Below the pieces are notes generated by a model. That model searched no databases and had not been told where the DNA came from. It saw nothing but the letters and a program-made list of their open reading frames with translations. Below are positions 51,403-64,000 of a DNA stretch of 64,000 nucleotides, in pieces. The position numbers and the translations under genes were made by a program. Source of the DNA: Vicugna vicugna. Its lineage: Eukaryota. The stretch's first letter is position 1. Each line of letters begins with the position of its first letter. The stretch is from positions 261,202 to 325,201 of the forward strand of contig MU057959.1 in the NCBI GenBank assembly GCA_013265495.1, in the 5' to 3' direction.

Positions 51403-54400
51403 AAAGAATGGTAGACACTTAGAGGCTGGCAGAGAAAGACCAGGGACACATCAGAGCTACCTTTGCCTTTATACTCCCTTTGCCCCCCCCCAAAAAAAAA
51501 ACAAGTATTAAAATTATATTTTATGACCACCTTGATTCAGAAAGATGTACTGAGTTTCTGATTGACTATTACATGAGCCTGGACGTTTGTTTCCTGAAAT
51601 GAGGGTCTTCTGGGGACTTCAGGAACTGGAGGGCGATTTAGTATCTGAGACACACTGTTAAGGAACAGACAAGACCTGGGAGTCCCCAGGGCAGGGAAAG
51701 AATAGAATTGGTTTCCACTTACACCTTACAAACCATCCTTGCACGATGTCACACCCTCACCAGCCGAGACTGGGACTCACGAACGTGCAAGGGAAACTCA
51801 GAAATGGCCAGAAAATGCAGGAGATGGTTTGGAATAGAAGTCATGATTTTTGTTTTAATGACGCGTTGGTTGGGCTGTGTTTCATACGTGTTGAAATCAC
51901 TGATTTCTTTCATAGACGTTTAAGGAAATGACTCAACTCAGTTCTCCATGTAGTGTGCGTAAACAAAAACTCGTGTGATGTGTCATGAATGACATGCTGA
52001 TCTTGGCGTTTGGCAGCTAAAGGCGGGCGTCCTAACATGCGTCCGCCGTGGATCCGAAAAGGAAAAGATGTGTGAATGAGGACGATCGCAGGGACACCCC
52101 AAAGGCAATCCTTTATCCTCAGCTCCCCCAGGTCAGCATTACAAACTAGAATATCATGACTCTGCTCAGCTTTACCTCCGAACTCATAAACGAGATGCAC
52201 GGAATTACAAACCAGACCCCTATCTCTCAGCTCCCTTCGGATATTTCCTAATGACCCTGGTTGCAGGAGAAATCCCTTCTTGGCCCCGCGCTCAGACCGC
52301 AGAGCTCGGCTGTCTGTTCTGGCCGGCGTGTGGCGCTCAGGTGAGACCCTCGGGGGACGGCGGGCGTCCGTAATGAGCCTCACAACGCCGCACATACGGA
52401 CCCTGGGGACGATCATTTAATACAGTGCGTTTGCCTGAACAGCAACGTGAAGAAAATGCTAAAGAGGCGGGTCCTAGAGATGCAGGGGGAAAAGGTACAT
52501 CCGTCGTGAAATGGAAATCACTCGCCTGTGCGGAGGCTGGGATTTCTCCCTGGGAAGGAAACGGGTTGTGAGAGTAATGAACGCTTTTCTGCGGTCAGTT
52601 CCAGAGGGACGGACTTCACCTCGCTGCTCGCACTGGTAATTCTTGTTCTGATAAGTATGTGTAAACAGTCTCCATTTAAAACGTGCAATGGGAGGACCTC
52701 TGCCTCCATACAAGTTGGAGTAACAGACACCAGGTGTTAATTGTAGCCGAAAGAAAAAGAAATCATGTAATAAAAGAGAAATAGATATATATTTCTACCT
52801 ATCTATGTATTCATCTATATGTTTATGTCCTGATAGTAAAAAGTACTGTGGTAGGGATTAAGAACATAACATGATAAGGCAGTTGGAGGAATTGCAAAAC
52901 AAATGTAAGTCTCAATAAACATAATTTAGACGCGTATCAGGAACACCCCACCCTCCGAGATCATTCGGACCTAAATTATTGCTAATGAGGAAGAATATAA
53001 ATTGCATCATTTGGACCTAGGCTAAACTATTGCTCACAAGGAGAAATGCAAATCTTTGCACGACAGTGACTCCAACAACCTATTTTGGATTTAAAAAAAA
53101 ATTAATTAGACTTTTGAAGACAAAATGAGTTGTTGTAATAATTTCAAAACTCATTACAGTTCCATCTGTGCTGAAGTACGCGGCGACCTTTCCGATTAGG
53201 AATAGAAATTCGTTCTTCTGTTCTATTATTTTTTAGTTAGAATGCGAATTATACACGTTACTCGTACGAACCTGTAACCCAGCTGAGGTTGTGTTACTAA
53301 AAAGTTTTGAATTTGTGATTGGGTGTATTTTAATGGAAAATGTCTCTGAAATTCACATGAATAAATGCAAGTCAAAACTGACTCCAGGCACAAGGCCCAG
53401 CATGTGGCACAGGGACCCTTCACATCTGCCTGCAGTAATTACATTATTTCAGTTCTCGGGGGATAATGTGCAAACTTCTCTTGCCTTGCTGTGCATTGAG
53501 CCTTTCTGCCCCTGTCCTTTCAGAGGCTTCAGAAATGGAACAAAGGCTGACCAAAAAAAAAGTGTGTGTTAATTGTTGCGAAGAATGCTGCTGAACTTCT
53601 GGTGATCTGGCTACCTGCTCACCTCCCTGCCCTTGGCCGGCCTTCCCGGAGTTCCCGGGGCTGGAAGGCGGCAAGCTACACCTCCCAGCTTCCTTGTGAA
53701 GCCTGTCCCAAGGGCGGAGGGGTCGGAAGACAGCTCCCTTAGGGGACACGGCTGTGGGTCCTTGTTGGCCGTCCCCCGGGGCACCTGGGGACTGTGGGCA
53801 GGAGACTGGACTGCAGTTACACGCTGCAAACCGTCTTTGGCAGCTCCTGGACCCGCTGCTCCAAACTCTCCATCAGCGACAGAGGAGGCGCAGTAGGGCT
53901 GGGGGACTGCATCCCGGGGTTCACCTGCAGACGTCAGTCCCTTCCTCACCCTGTTTCTCCGCTGCCCGTGTCACTGGTCCTGCTGCCCCACTGGCATGTC
54001 TCGTTGCCATGTTCAGAACCAAATCCCTGTAATGAAATCCTGCTTCGAAACACCTGGCCTGCGTTCTGTTTACCTGTTAGACCTGAGTGAGTAAACACAG
54101 CGCCTCTCTGGAGAGCTGCTCAGTGGGACTCAGATGGGTCAATTTATGTGTCAGGACAGAGAGAAAAGCTGGCACGTTGGGACAGAGGACAAGGGTTTCC
54201 CCACCCTGGAGCAGGACACACGTGATAAAATTGTGCAGGGGGACACACAGGAATTATAAAGTACAGGGAAGAAACATTGGCCCAAATGTCTGGGTCTTTA
54301 AGGCTGCAGATCCCACTTAATATATGTTTACCAGACAGTTTCAGGAGACCTAAAAGAGCAGGAGCCAGAACGAGGTAATATATATTTTGACCAAAAAATA

Positions 54401-54569
54401 TATATTGAGGTATCAAAATAAAAAGGACATTGAGTGTAGCTAATGCTACTGTGATGGCCGAGAGGAGAAAAGAATGAATCCCTCGCTGGACCTGACATGA
54501 CTGAGGGATGAACATCAATGTGTCTGTCCAGACGGACATGGATGAGAAGAAGGTGACCGTCTGAATAGC

Positions 54570-54870
54570 AGTGCAGGGGGAGGAGGGATAAATTAGGAGT
54601 TCGGGATTTGCAGACACAAACTACTATATATAAAACAGAAAAACAACAAGGTCCTACTGTACAGCACAGGGAGCTATATTCAGTATCTTTTAATAACCTA
54701 CAATGGAAACTAATCTAAAAATAATCTGTATTTTATATATATATATATGTATTGTTGAATCACTTTGCTGTGCATCTGAAACTAGCACAACATTATAAAC
54801 CAGCTATATTTCAGTAACAGAAAGCACATCAAATAAAATAATGGTTTGGACCAAAAAAAAAAAAAAAAAG
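54570..54870 (+). mobile_element. L1 3' UTR fragment
   Basis: GGAGGGATAAATTAGGAGTTCGGGATTTGCAGACACAAACTACTATATATAAAA..CAAGGTCCTACTGTACAGCACAGGG..CACAACATTATAAA. Confidence 0.92.
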
Positions 54871-55224
54871 ACTTCTTAGAATTAAAACGACTTGAAGTTT
54901 ATCAAAATGATCTCATGGGAAGAGACAGCAGTTCTGAACTCGCCTGTCCTAACTTATGTCCAGATAAATAAAACAGAAACCTTGAGTTGAGCAAAGGCAA
55001 TTGAGCAGAATCACTGTGAAAAAGTGTGTCCTGCCTCTTGCACAAACATATGTAGCTGACAAAGAACTTTAAATGGAAGAAGAGAGACATTGTATCAATG
55101 CTGTTGTGACCTGTGAACTGCTCTGATCTTACAGAACTACGGAAAGGCCTGAAAGGACATGTGAAGACATTACTGTTTTAAGCACTCATAAAACATTCCT
55201 CGAAACTAACCCTGCCATTTGTCC

Positions 55225-55413
55225 TGAATACACTTCTCAAATCAAGCTCAGGACACCCACGTACATTTAAATTTCAGCTAAACCACCCGCAGAATCTTTG
55301 TGGACACGTGTCCTGAGCATTTCATGAGCCGTATTAAGAAAGTGTTTGCTGTGTAGCTGGGATTCAAATTGAGTTAGGCATTTGGTATTTTTATTTGCGA
55401 AATCTCTGAAGTC
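55225..55413. mobile_element. MER53-like palindromic MITE (hAT), degenerate
   Basis: Left arm CAGGACACCCA..ATTTAAATTTCAGCTAAAC and right arm GTAGCTGGGATTCAAATTGAGTTAGGCAT..GTATTTTTATTTGCGAAATCT are imperfect inverted copies matching the recalled MER53 consensus. Confidence 0.72.
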
Positions 55414-55696
55414 CAATCCTGAAGGAAATCGAAACAAATAACCAGAAAAAGAAACACAAAGAAAATGAAGAACAGTTAAACACATTTCCTCTGAAGATGG
55501 ATTAATGAAGCTGGAAATCCATTTTTTTTTAATGCTCACAAACCACTTCTGTTTAAATAGTGGTAACAGAGTAAGTAGCTCATTTGTCAGATAACTTGCA
55601 GTAGAAATTATATATATTTTTTTACAATCAAGAGGTCTTTATATCTTTTCTCATAGGGTTGACAAAAAACTATTTTGTTAACAGTTCTTTAAAAAA

Positions 55697-55795
55697 AACT
55701 GAAGTATCATTGACTTACAATGTTACTTTCAGGTGTACAGCAACGTGGTTCACTTATACATACAGATATAAAAATATATAAATTTCATATATTTA
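55697..55795 (-). mobile_element. L1 3' tail fragment
   Basis: CTGAAGTATCATTGACTTACAATGTTACTTTCAGGTGTACAGCAACGTGGTTCA. Confidence 0.75.
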
Positions 55796-56854
55796 TAAGA
55801 AAGCATTTCACCTCACTATGTCACCTTAAAAAATAGATAAATAAATAAAATAAAATCAAGAAGTCTTGCCCAATATCAAAGCGTATACACAATTTTCGGG
55901 ATACAGGTAATTAATTGCACAAAAGCACAAGATACCGGGTGGTCCCAGACAGCCACCATCTGTGTTTGGATGTTTCCTCACATAATTCAGACCTTTCTCT
56001 GCCCAAAATTTAACGTACAACGTTGCTAGGCGATGCATGGGGCGTATCTGTTATTTAAAAGTTTGCTGTTTTGTTCCTGAAACATTCCTATTTTAAACGC
56101 TGACAATTACTTTTCTCTGGTAATATATTTCCAGGGACCAATGCTCCATAAACGTCCACAGATTCCATGTTGATTCACCAAAAAAATCAACCCAGGCGAG
56201 CCCGTGGGTACATCCTGCCCGAAGCCTCTTTCTTTCACGCCAGACCCGATCACCGCGCTTTATCAGGACGGCTGACGCTTTCAATGTGACCCGAGGATTA
56301 GGTGGTCCGCTTCAGAGCAGCAGGACAGAATGAGCTCACAGAACTAGGAAGGAAAGGGAACGTATTCAATAAAAAGGGAACAAACGCAATATTACAGAGA
56401 AAAAAAAATTGACCTTAAAGGTGAAAGGTTAGACTCGTTCCTTGCGAATCAGTAACAGGATAAATGTGTCCACTGTGACAATTCTATCTGGCACTGAACT
56501 GCGGGTCCCATCAGCGCAGAAATTGTTAGAAGACGTGGTAGGAGCAGCTCTTACTGCTGAATCATACCAGCAATATAGTTATTTTAGGCGGATATATTCG
56601 TGCATTAAATAACAAGGTGATTTGTAAAGGGTGTCGTCCGTAACAGCCCGGTGCACGTATGTTAGCAGTAACATGAGTTTCCAGGTACCAGATGGGACCG
56701 TTACTTGCTCAAAGCTCCCAGTCCGCACAGGAAGAAACGAGAAGGGCTCAGAAATAAATATAATGTTACATAAATATAATGTTCAAAGACCTAAGAGCTT
56801 GTTGGAAAACAGAAGCAATGCAAAATCCCATCCAAGTTAATTGACGTGTCTTCT

Positions 56855-57018
56855 GTGCATCACAGGGAACTCTGTTCAATACCTCGTAGTGAGCTATAAT
56901 GAAAAAGAAGATGAGCAGGAATCCGGGGATGTGTATGCATGACTGACACACGATGCCGGACACCAGAAATGGACACAGCATTGTAAACAAAGTGTACTCC
57001 AACTGGAAAGAAAATAAA
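56855..57018 (+). mobile_element. L1 3' UTR fragment
   Basis: CACAGGGAACTCTGTTCAATACCTCGTAG..TATAATGAAAAAGAA..GCATGACTGA..CACCAGAAATGGACACAGCATTGTAAAC. Confidence 0.85.
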
Positions 57019-59552
57019 TCCATTGGCACAGATGGTTAAAAATAAATCTGAGCTCTGTCAGGGCTTGTTGTGTGTAAGTGTACACGGGTCAGTTCTCCTC
57101 CAAGGCGACTTCAAATTCTAACTTATTCTGTCTTTTCTCGACTTCACAAATTGATCCCCCAGAGTATCAGGAAATAGAGGCCCAAGTCTGTCCAACAAAG
57201 AATGGATGGTCGTTGCTACAGTTCCTCCTGCTTGGATACCAGGATTTATCCGGTGGGATGTGGGCGAGGGGGGGTCAAAGAAAACCCTCAGATGCAGAGC
57301 TTAAATACAGACATGTGGCAGTTCTCTTATGGCAAACTGTGTGTGACAAACAGCCAGCGGTGGGCATTGTCACCTACAAAATAAGTAATGGTGCCATCAC
57401 TGGGTCTTGTGACATGTCCTTTCGCTTTTAGCTCTGTTGGGCCAGCATTCAGGCGTGTTGTTCCCCCAAGGACTCCCTTAAATAAATAATGTTGTCACTC
57501 CAGGCAGAAAGACAGGGGTGCCGGGAGGCAGCGGGGACCTCTCAGACCTAAAGGATCCCTGCTTTGAGGAGAAAAGTCGTTTTATTCCAGAAACCCACCC
57601 CGCTGGGTTGAACCCACCTTGCATTTTCCAGAAATGCATCCCGTGGGTATCTCTGGCTGCAGATGTGTTTGGAGAGGATGGTGCACCCTCACTGTGGACG
57701 TGGGTCGTCCAGAACAAACCCAAGACCTGGGGGGAGGAAGGCACTGTAACAACTATGAGCCATTCCTTGTCGGACAGTCCGGAGGTCACATAGCAGCGCT
57801 GCCACCCCCGACAACACGGAGGGAATCGCGCAGAGACGTGACCTCCGCCGTGCACTCGTTAACCACGTTGCAGGGGAGCACAAAGCTCACTGTCGCCACC
57901 AGACGCCTCGGACCTCCAGAGCGAAGCGCTGAAGCCCAGCTGTGTGCCAGCGTGACGAGATCATGCGTTCAGCCGACCACCAGGCAGGGCGTCTTCTGTG
58001 AAAGCGCAGACTGGCGAACAGGACCACCTGAAAAATGCACCCGCTTTGCAAGGCCCGAGCACTGTGATGAGTCGGGAAAAATACTCAGACTCTGGCATTC
58101 AATAACTAATCTTTTTCTGAGTCTCTCGTGGTTAAAAAGACCTTAGAGAAATGTTCCGTCGTGCCGAGAAATAGATGGAATTCATGACACGGTTTCTCAT
58201 AAAAATACGCTTTTCGAAGATTGTCTTTAAAACATTCATTGATGCACTTCTGCTTTGCTCTTTCATAACTGTTTAAAAAGCCATACCTGATTGAATTTCG
58301 TTTATCTGAGTTCTTAAAATACAGCAAGCAGTGAATCGTCACGGCAGAGATGTCGCCCGTTGTGTTCAGGTTCACCTGATTAAGGGAACATGGCATCGTC
58401 TTGGTCGAGAACCATTTAAATATTTTTCTTTCTCCTTTTCAGCGATTCTGGATAAATCTCTCAGGTGAAATTCAGTATTTCTAATTTTCTGGGCATCGCC
58501 CATTAAAGAGTGAAAGGCAATTTGTAGGCGCAGTTCTGTACCATGTGGGAGCATTTAGACTTCACCACGTCCTGAAATGGCATCATTGGCGGGTGGAGGG
58601 GAGGGGGCTCCTCCGAAGGGAGATAAAATACTTTAGAAAAGATTGCCTTTCGAAACTCTATCATAAATGGGTCCATTTTGTAGAATTATGTATTTATCGT
58701 AGCATTCCACTCCAAGTGGGGAGGAAAAAAGCATTTTCGATCAGGCTGTCACACATTTTTATGAGTACTCCCCTCCAGGATTTGCCGCAGAGCAGGCACA
58801 TTGATCTTGGTCGCTTTGGTTTCCTCATCAAGTCAACAGTTCTCGGTGAGTCACCACTGACCTAATGTCATTCAGAACTGTATCCTGTCCTGCTCTGGTT
58901 TAGGAAAGAGAGCCTAAAGCTTTCATCACTATTCCAGGTTGTGAATCGGTCCGATCCTCCTTTACGAGATGGAGGTATACGTGTGCCGAGCAAGAATGAT
59001 CTTGGCAACTGATCGTCTTTATCAAACCTCTTTCTATGGATTGGTTGCTTTTTGAACGTCACACATATTTAGTTAGACATCTTAGCGATGTGAATAAGAT
59101 TAAAAAATGCTTTCACGGGTAGAGTTTTTGTCCTTCAAGAGAAATTTTCTCTAGTCTTTACCATTGTGGTTTCAGCCTCAGAGAGGACACAGGGAAATAC
59201 AGCCCTGCTCACATCCGAGCCTTCTTCAAGACATTTACTCACCATCAGGGAATCATTGATATCGCGGGCCGTTAGGAACTTCATAGAAAATCGTAAGAAC
59301 CGTGGCAGTTACTGTATCCACCGTAAATTATAACAACATGTAAATAGAATCTTAGCCTGCCTTTGCAGCGGGCAGAACGGAATGATGACTTGGACGTTGA
59401 ATGACAATCGACGGAAAAGAACGAAACCAATTAAAGAAAAGGGAGTGATTTCCAATGAGATTCCCTGAGGGCAGATTTCTTCCGTGTCCGTCAGACAGCC
59501 CACCTGTGTGAAGACAGCACTGGCTGTGGCAGGTCCTGTTAGGAGGAAGTGA

Positions 59553-59702
59553 GTGGAACTGTGCTCCGTGGCCTGCAGTGACCTCTAATGAGAAGGAACG
59601 TGTGTATGGACATGTGTGACTGAAATGCCGCGCTGTGCACCAGACACACACAGCACTGTATACCCACCAGGCTTGCATTTAAAAAAAAAGAAGAAGAAAA
59701 AG
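59553..59702 (+). mobile_element. L1 3' UTR fragment, GC-shifted
   Basis: Collinear with other L1 tails in the window (GGAACT..GACCT.TAATGA.AA.GAA..TGACTGAAA..GCTGTGCACCAGA) and ends in an A-rich tail. Confidence 0.75.
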
Positions 59703-60084
59703 GACGTGGAGTCTTCTGCAGGACCTCCCACCCTGCTCGGTGGTTCATTTGGTTTCAGGGTGAAAATAATTTTCCATGAAAATGTTACAAAGCCTCTAAC
59801 ACGCTTATGCAAAACACTGGACAAAAGGATAGGGAAATGTCCTCAGTTTATCGAGAGATGATGCTGTGGGACGTTGTAGGTGATTTTCGAGTCGGGGGTA
59901 CATACATGCGTCAACGAGGGAAGAGATGTGGAAATGCTGTGGAGGGAAAATGCTGGCTCCTTCCCGCACCCCCGCGTCCTGCCTCCTCCCGTCTCCCAAC
60001 CCAAAGCCCGCGGTCCTTTCTGCGGGATGCAAAGATGCAGGCTTCATCCTTCTGCACCTTGTTTGAAAGTTTCTGAGAGAGGAG

Positions 60085-60255
60085 ACCGTAAAAATTCTCA
60101 GCAGAAGAAAAAAAAATGCAATTATGTATGGTGACAGATGCTAACTAGACTTACTGTGACGGTCATTTAGCAATAGAGACAGATCATTCCGCAATGTGTA
60201 TGAATGTCGAATCGTTACATTGCACACCTGCAAGTAAAACACTGTTGTCTGTATT
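60085..60255 (+). mobile_element. older L1 (L1MA9-like) 3' UTR fragment
   Basis: TAAAATTCTCA..AAAAAAA..TATGTATGGTGACAGATGCTAACTAGACTTACTGTG..ATGTCGAATC..TGCACACCTG. Confidence 0.78.
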
Positions 60256-61789
60256 CGTCAGGGGGATGAAAACAGAAACCAGGAAGCCAACACGGGAGAC
60301 GCAAGTTAGGATGAAGGTCGACCGCAGGCTTAAAGCAGACGCAGGGGGTTTGGGGAGAAGTGGGGGGAAATTGGGATGCGTTGTCAGAATCACCCATTAG
60401 GCATCCATCAAAAAACGATAACTCACACTTTTGTGAATTCAGCTGGTGTCTTGTTAACATAATTACGGATGTCTGAGTCATCTTTTATATACCTGTATTC
60501 ATTTTGTTTGTATCAGTACACACCGCGATTCTACCTGCTTTGTATGAAAGGCAGAACTCTGCTCTCTGGCATCAGGCTTCAGCTGAATGGCTACGTGCTC
60601 TTCTGTGAGGGAGTCAGGACAGAATTTGCACACAAAACTCCTTCTGAAGTTTTTCCTTTTTTGTCTCTAATCTGCCTCTCCCCACTCCCACCCCCACTGA
60701 AAGCATTATGAGTAAATCTGGCCTTTCATTTTTTTCCCCCAAAATTCACACGAGTCCATTATGATCGATTCAAAGAACCGGAATGACTTGGTTGAACGTA
60801 GGAGCAATTTAATAGGGTTTTGGTTCACGTAGCAATGGGGCTCTTCACAGTCGTGTTCAACAACTCCCATTTCATCTTCAATAAAGTGGCGGGGGGGCAG
60901 GGGAAACGCTTTATGTTCAAAGAAAAATGCCATAGAAAAGTTACTACTCTGACTGAGCTGGAAAAGGACATGGTGAACACATTTCGAGGAAGATCCTGAC
61001 GGTGGCTGAAATGCTTTTGCAACATGCCGAGTTTCTCTTTGTTTACCTCGGTGGAGGATGGGCAAGACTGGGGAAGAAACAGGTATTCGCTTTTAGAGAA
61101 AGTTAAACTTTTCTTTAAGGAGCAGAAAACCTGCGAATAAACGATAGTTATAATTTAGTCAGCATGCCTTGTTTCCAAGCTGTGCTTCCTTAATTTGTGA
61201 TTGATGTAGTTCAGCTTGTAGACCTGCATTCAGATGGAATTTCACACTGTCCCACCCGCGGTTTCTACATGTTCTGTGAACAGACACGTAGCGAGCGAAG
61301 AAAGCACGCATTTTAACAACACAAGCTGGTTTTTGAAAATTTGAACCGCCTCTTCCTACTTAACGAGTCTACCACAAGCAGAGTGTGGGGTTTTTTTTTT
61401 AATTACATTATAACATGGAACATTTCTACATTTCATATTGGCAGAAGTGAATTAGGGTTAATCACCTGAACTGTGCTTCGGGATTTTATGGGCTTTTCGT
61501 TGCATATCAGGCATGTAATCTGGTGATTCTATTCATCTTGGAAGGCACCGGATCGTTTGTCTTAATGTTCATAAATGTGAACAAAATGACGACCACCTTG
61601 GCACTACGATAAACATTCAGTGTATTCGTGTGACCTCTCCAGGGAAAGAGAACCATGTACATGTATATCTGTACATATATGTATATAACCACATATATGT
61701 ATAATCACTTATATCTATATGTCTGTATCCATACTGTTGGATTATATAGACTAGCCCCTTCACACTGTTTCAAAGATGACTAGTCCAAC

Positions 61790-62320
61790 TGTATTACTCA
61801 GAGACATCAGGAGAAAAGAGGACCAAGCGGATGTCTTAGATGCATAGATAGAGAGAGATTTAGACAGAGGTGTAGCTACCTATACTCACTAACTATAAGG
61901 AACGGACTCCTGTCGTCGGGAAGCTGAGAAATCCTGAGACCTCTCATTGGCCAGCTGGAGACCCAGGAGACCTGAGAGGATAGTTCTGCTCAGAGTCCAA
62001 AGGCTGAAATCCAGGAGAGCCCGTAGAATAATTTCCAGTACACTTCTGAGTCCAAAGGCCAGAGAAGACAAACATCCGAGCTGGAAGACAGTCAGAAAGA
62101 GAGGGAACATTATTTCCTACTTAGCCTTTATTCAAACCAGGCCTTCAACGGATTAGACGAGGCCCACCCACATTGGGAAGGGCAATCTGCTTTATTCAAT
62201 CTATGGATTCAGGTGCCAGTCTCATTCAGACATGCCCTCATAGACACACCCCAGATCATGTTTTACCAAATATCTGGGCCTGTCACACAGACAAGTTAAC
62301 ATGTAAAATAAGCTATCCCA
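61790..62320 (-). mobile_element. ERVL LTR (MLT2-like)
   Basis: CAGCTGGAGACCCAGGA, GAGTCCAAAGGC twice, GGCCTTCAACGGATTAGACGAGGCCCACCCACATTGGGAAGGGCAATCTGCTTTA, CAAATATCTGGGC..CAAGTTAACA. Confidence 0.88.
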
Positions 62321-62329
62321 TTGGGTGAA

Positions 62330-62460
62330 GTGTGTGTGTGTGTTCACACAGACACACACACACACAATATATATTCATGAGTAAATATACACACACAATA
62401 TGTTCATAAGTATGTATACACACAATATGTATATTCATGAATATATATTTGTGAATATTT
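62330..62460. repeat. (TG)/(CA)/(TA) low-complexity repeat
   Basis: Directly visible dinucleotide-rich tract. Confidence 0.8.
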
Positions 62461-64000
62461 AAATAATTAAAACATAATACTGACTTTGCAGTTTTAAAAT
62501 ATAGACATGTGTTCTCCTATACACTAGCAGGGAAGGGCATGAGTTCCAGGCACAGGGCACAATATATTTGCATTTGTGCCCCAGGATAATGAGCACAGTA
62601 TGACAAACAGAAAACAACACGTCCTTCTGATTTACGTATAAAAATATTAAATAGAGCAAAACAGATTCAGCACGGGAGAGCGCCGACTTGCTGCTGACGG
62701 GGTGGGGGCAGCCGTGGGGGGAACAGATCTCCTGGGAGCGTGCTGGAAACACCCTCTTTCTTCCTTGGTGGTCCGGGGGGCAGTCTCTTTGTTCCAGCTG
62801 CACAGTTTTTGTTTTCCTGTTTTACTGCATGGGTTTTATTCGACTAAACCAGCTTCAGGAAGTAGTGTAGATAATAGTTACCCTGTGTTTAATTCCATAT
62901 CTCACATGTGTATTCATATCTGTATTTGAATATAGACATACCCGTTGGCATATGCATACACATCCACATTTATAAACATAGAAACATCTAGAAATATGTG
63001 CAAAGAGATCGGCTTAGCAGACCCAGAAATGCATGCAACATATTTTAAATTAATGTCACACATACCTACTTGTATATACATACACAGCGAGAAATATGTG
63101 CAAACAGGCATTCTTAATGGGCTATAGATCTTAAATTACTATAACCTACATTTATGTATTTGTGAAACGTAGCCTAGAATACACTTTGTGTTGGTATTAA
63201 TTTCTTATTATTTCAAAAACACGTCTCTTTTTGGAAAGGCGCAACTGTGAGGACTTGAGTTTCTCCTGTAACGTCTCTATGTTGCAGTTTCAGCCATGAT
63301 CTGGAAAGACAAACAGTTTCTCTTGCTCTGGGAATGTAATAACTAGCCTTAGAAAAACAGTTTCCTTCCAACACCACTTAACCACGTAGACCTTGAGTGT
63401 TTAAATTTTCCAAAATATGCATTAGCTTCAGAATTACTTAATCTCACTTTCCTCTAAGAATCATTTGCACTGAAGTCATATTTTTTTCCATTTTTAAATA
63501 TTTTAATGTTACACTCCTGTAGTTTTTACATATCTTCTGTGATTCAAAAGAAGTGAACTCAGGTATGACTTGCTTGTCTGACATTACTGAGCGAAGGGAG
63601 GGTTTGGGGGGGGGACCCAGAATGCCCTCCTGTTCTTGGCAGCTGGGAGTCCCTTTGAGATGCACGTGGATATAAGTGTGATCTGGGCTCACCTTGTATC
63701 AGTCGTTTTGCTAATGGTCCGTTTCTTTTCCATCACAAATCGTTACTCTGGGGGTTACCTGGCAGGTGGTGAGTCCGTACACCCTGAATTAAAGAACGGG
63801 CTCCTGGAGGTATTTCTTTTCAGTGCGAGATACTTTGTGGTGTGTTTTCCACTTTTCTTGGTCACGGTCATAGAGATGACAAGGCTTAATGTCCAGTGGA
63901 GTCACCAAGGAAAAGGATGTCTTCCCCACCACCTTGAAACCTCACCTGGGAGTCTAAGGGCCCCTCTAAAAGCATCCGGGCATTTTTGCTTTGCTCGAGA

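Noticed and set aside
51910..52416. 168-aa ORF in a CpG-rich patch (similarly 31373-32115 and 57619-58146)
   Set aside because: Non-ATG or weak starts, GC-rich stop-poor sequence and no recognisable domain.
1..64000. Assignment to a specific host gene (for example X/PAR genes such as NLGN4X, CD99, XG)
   Set aside because: I recognised no exon of any such gene, so the location remains inference.

Overview
This is non-coding mammalian genomic DNA, almost certainly camelid (alpaca/llama/camel), based on five tRNA-derived vic-1-type SINEs and many cetartiodactyl-type L1 3' ends. I recognise no protein-coding exon, rRNA, true tRNA or CRISPR array. The long ORFs in the track come from tandem repeats, retroelement fragments or chance. 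The window is intergenic or deep intronic and dense in repeats: L1 fragments, MaLR (MLT1) and ERVL (MLT2) LTRs, several ERV solo LTRs (MER41-like, MER34-like, others), a Tigger1 deletion derivative, a MER53 MITE, 24-bp and 49-bp minisatellites, and microsatellites. Five observations stand out. (1) Two ancient MLT1 LTRs 16.5 kb apart have cores about 90% identical but strongly diverged ends, suggesting gene conversion. (2) A MER41-like LTR retains a tandem pair of STAT GAS motifs. (3) A TSD-flanked ~360-bp element fuses an L1 5' end directly to an L1 3' end. (4) A 91-bp poly(A)-tailed retrocopy of a probable mRNA 3' end sits inside an LTR. (5) An L1 tail shows strongly AT-to-GC-biased divergence. 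Together (1) and (5) hint at a high-recombination (pseudoautosomal or subtelomeric-like) domain, which is inference only. Repeat family names come from recalled consensus sequences, not a database search, and boundaries without TSDs are approximate. I found no evidence of a novel multi-gene system.
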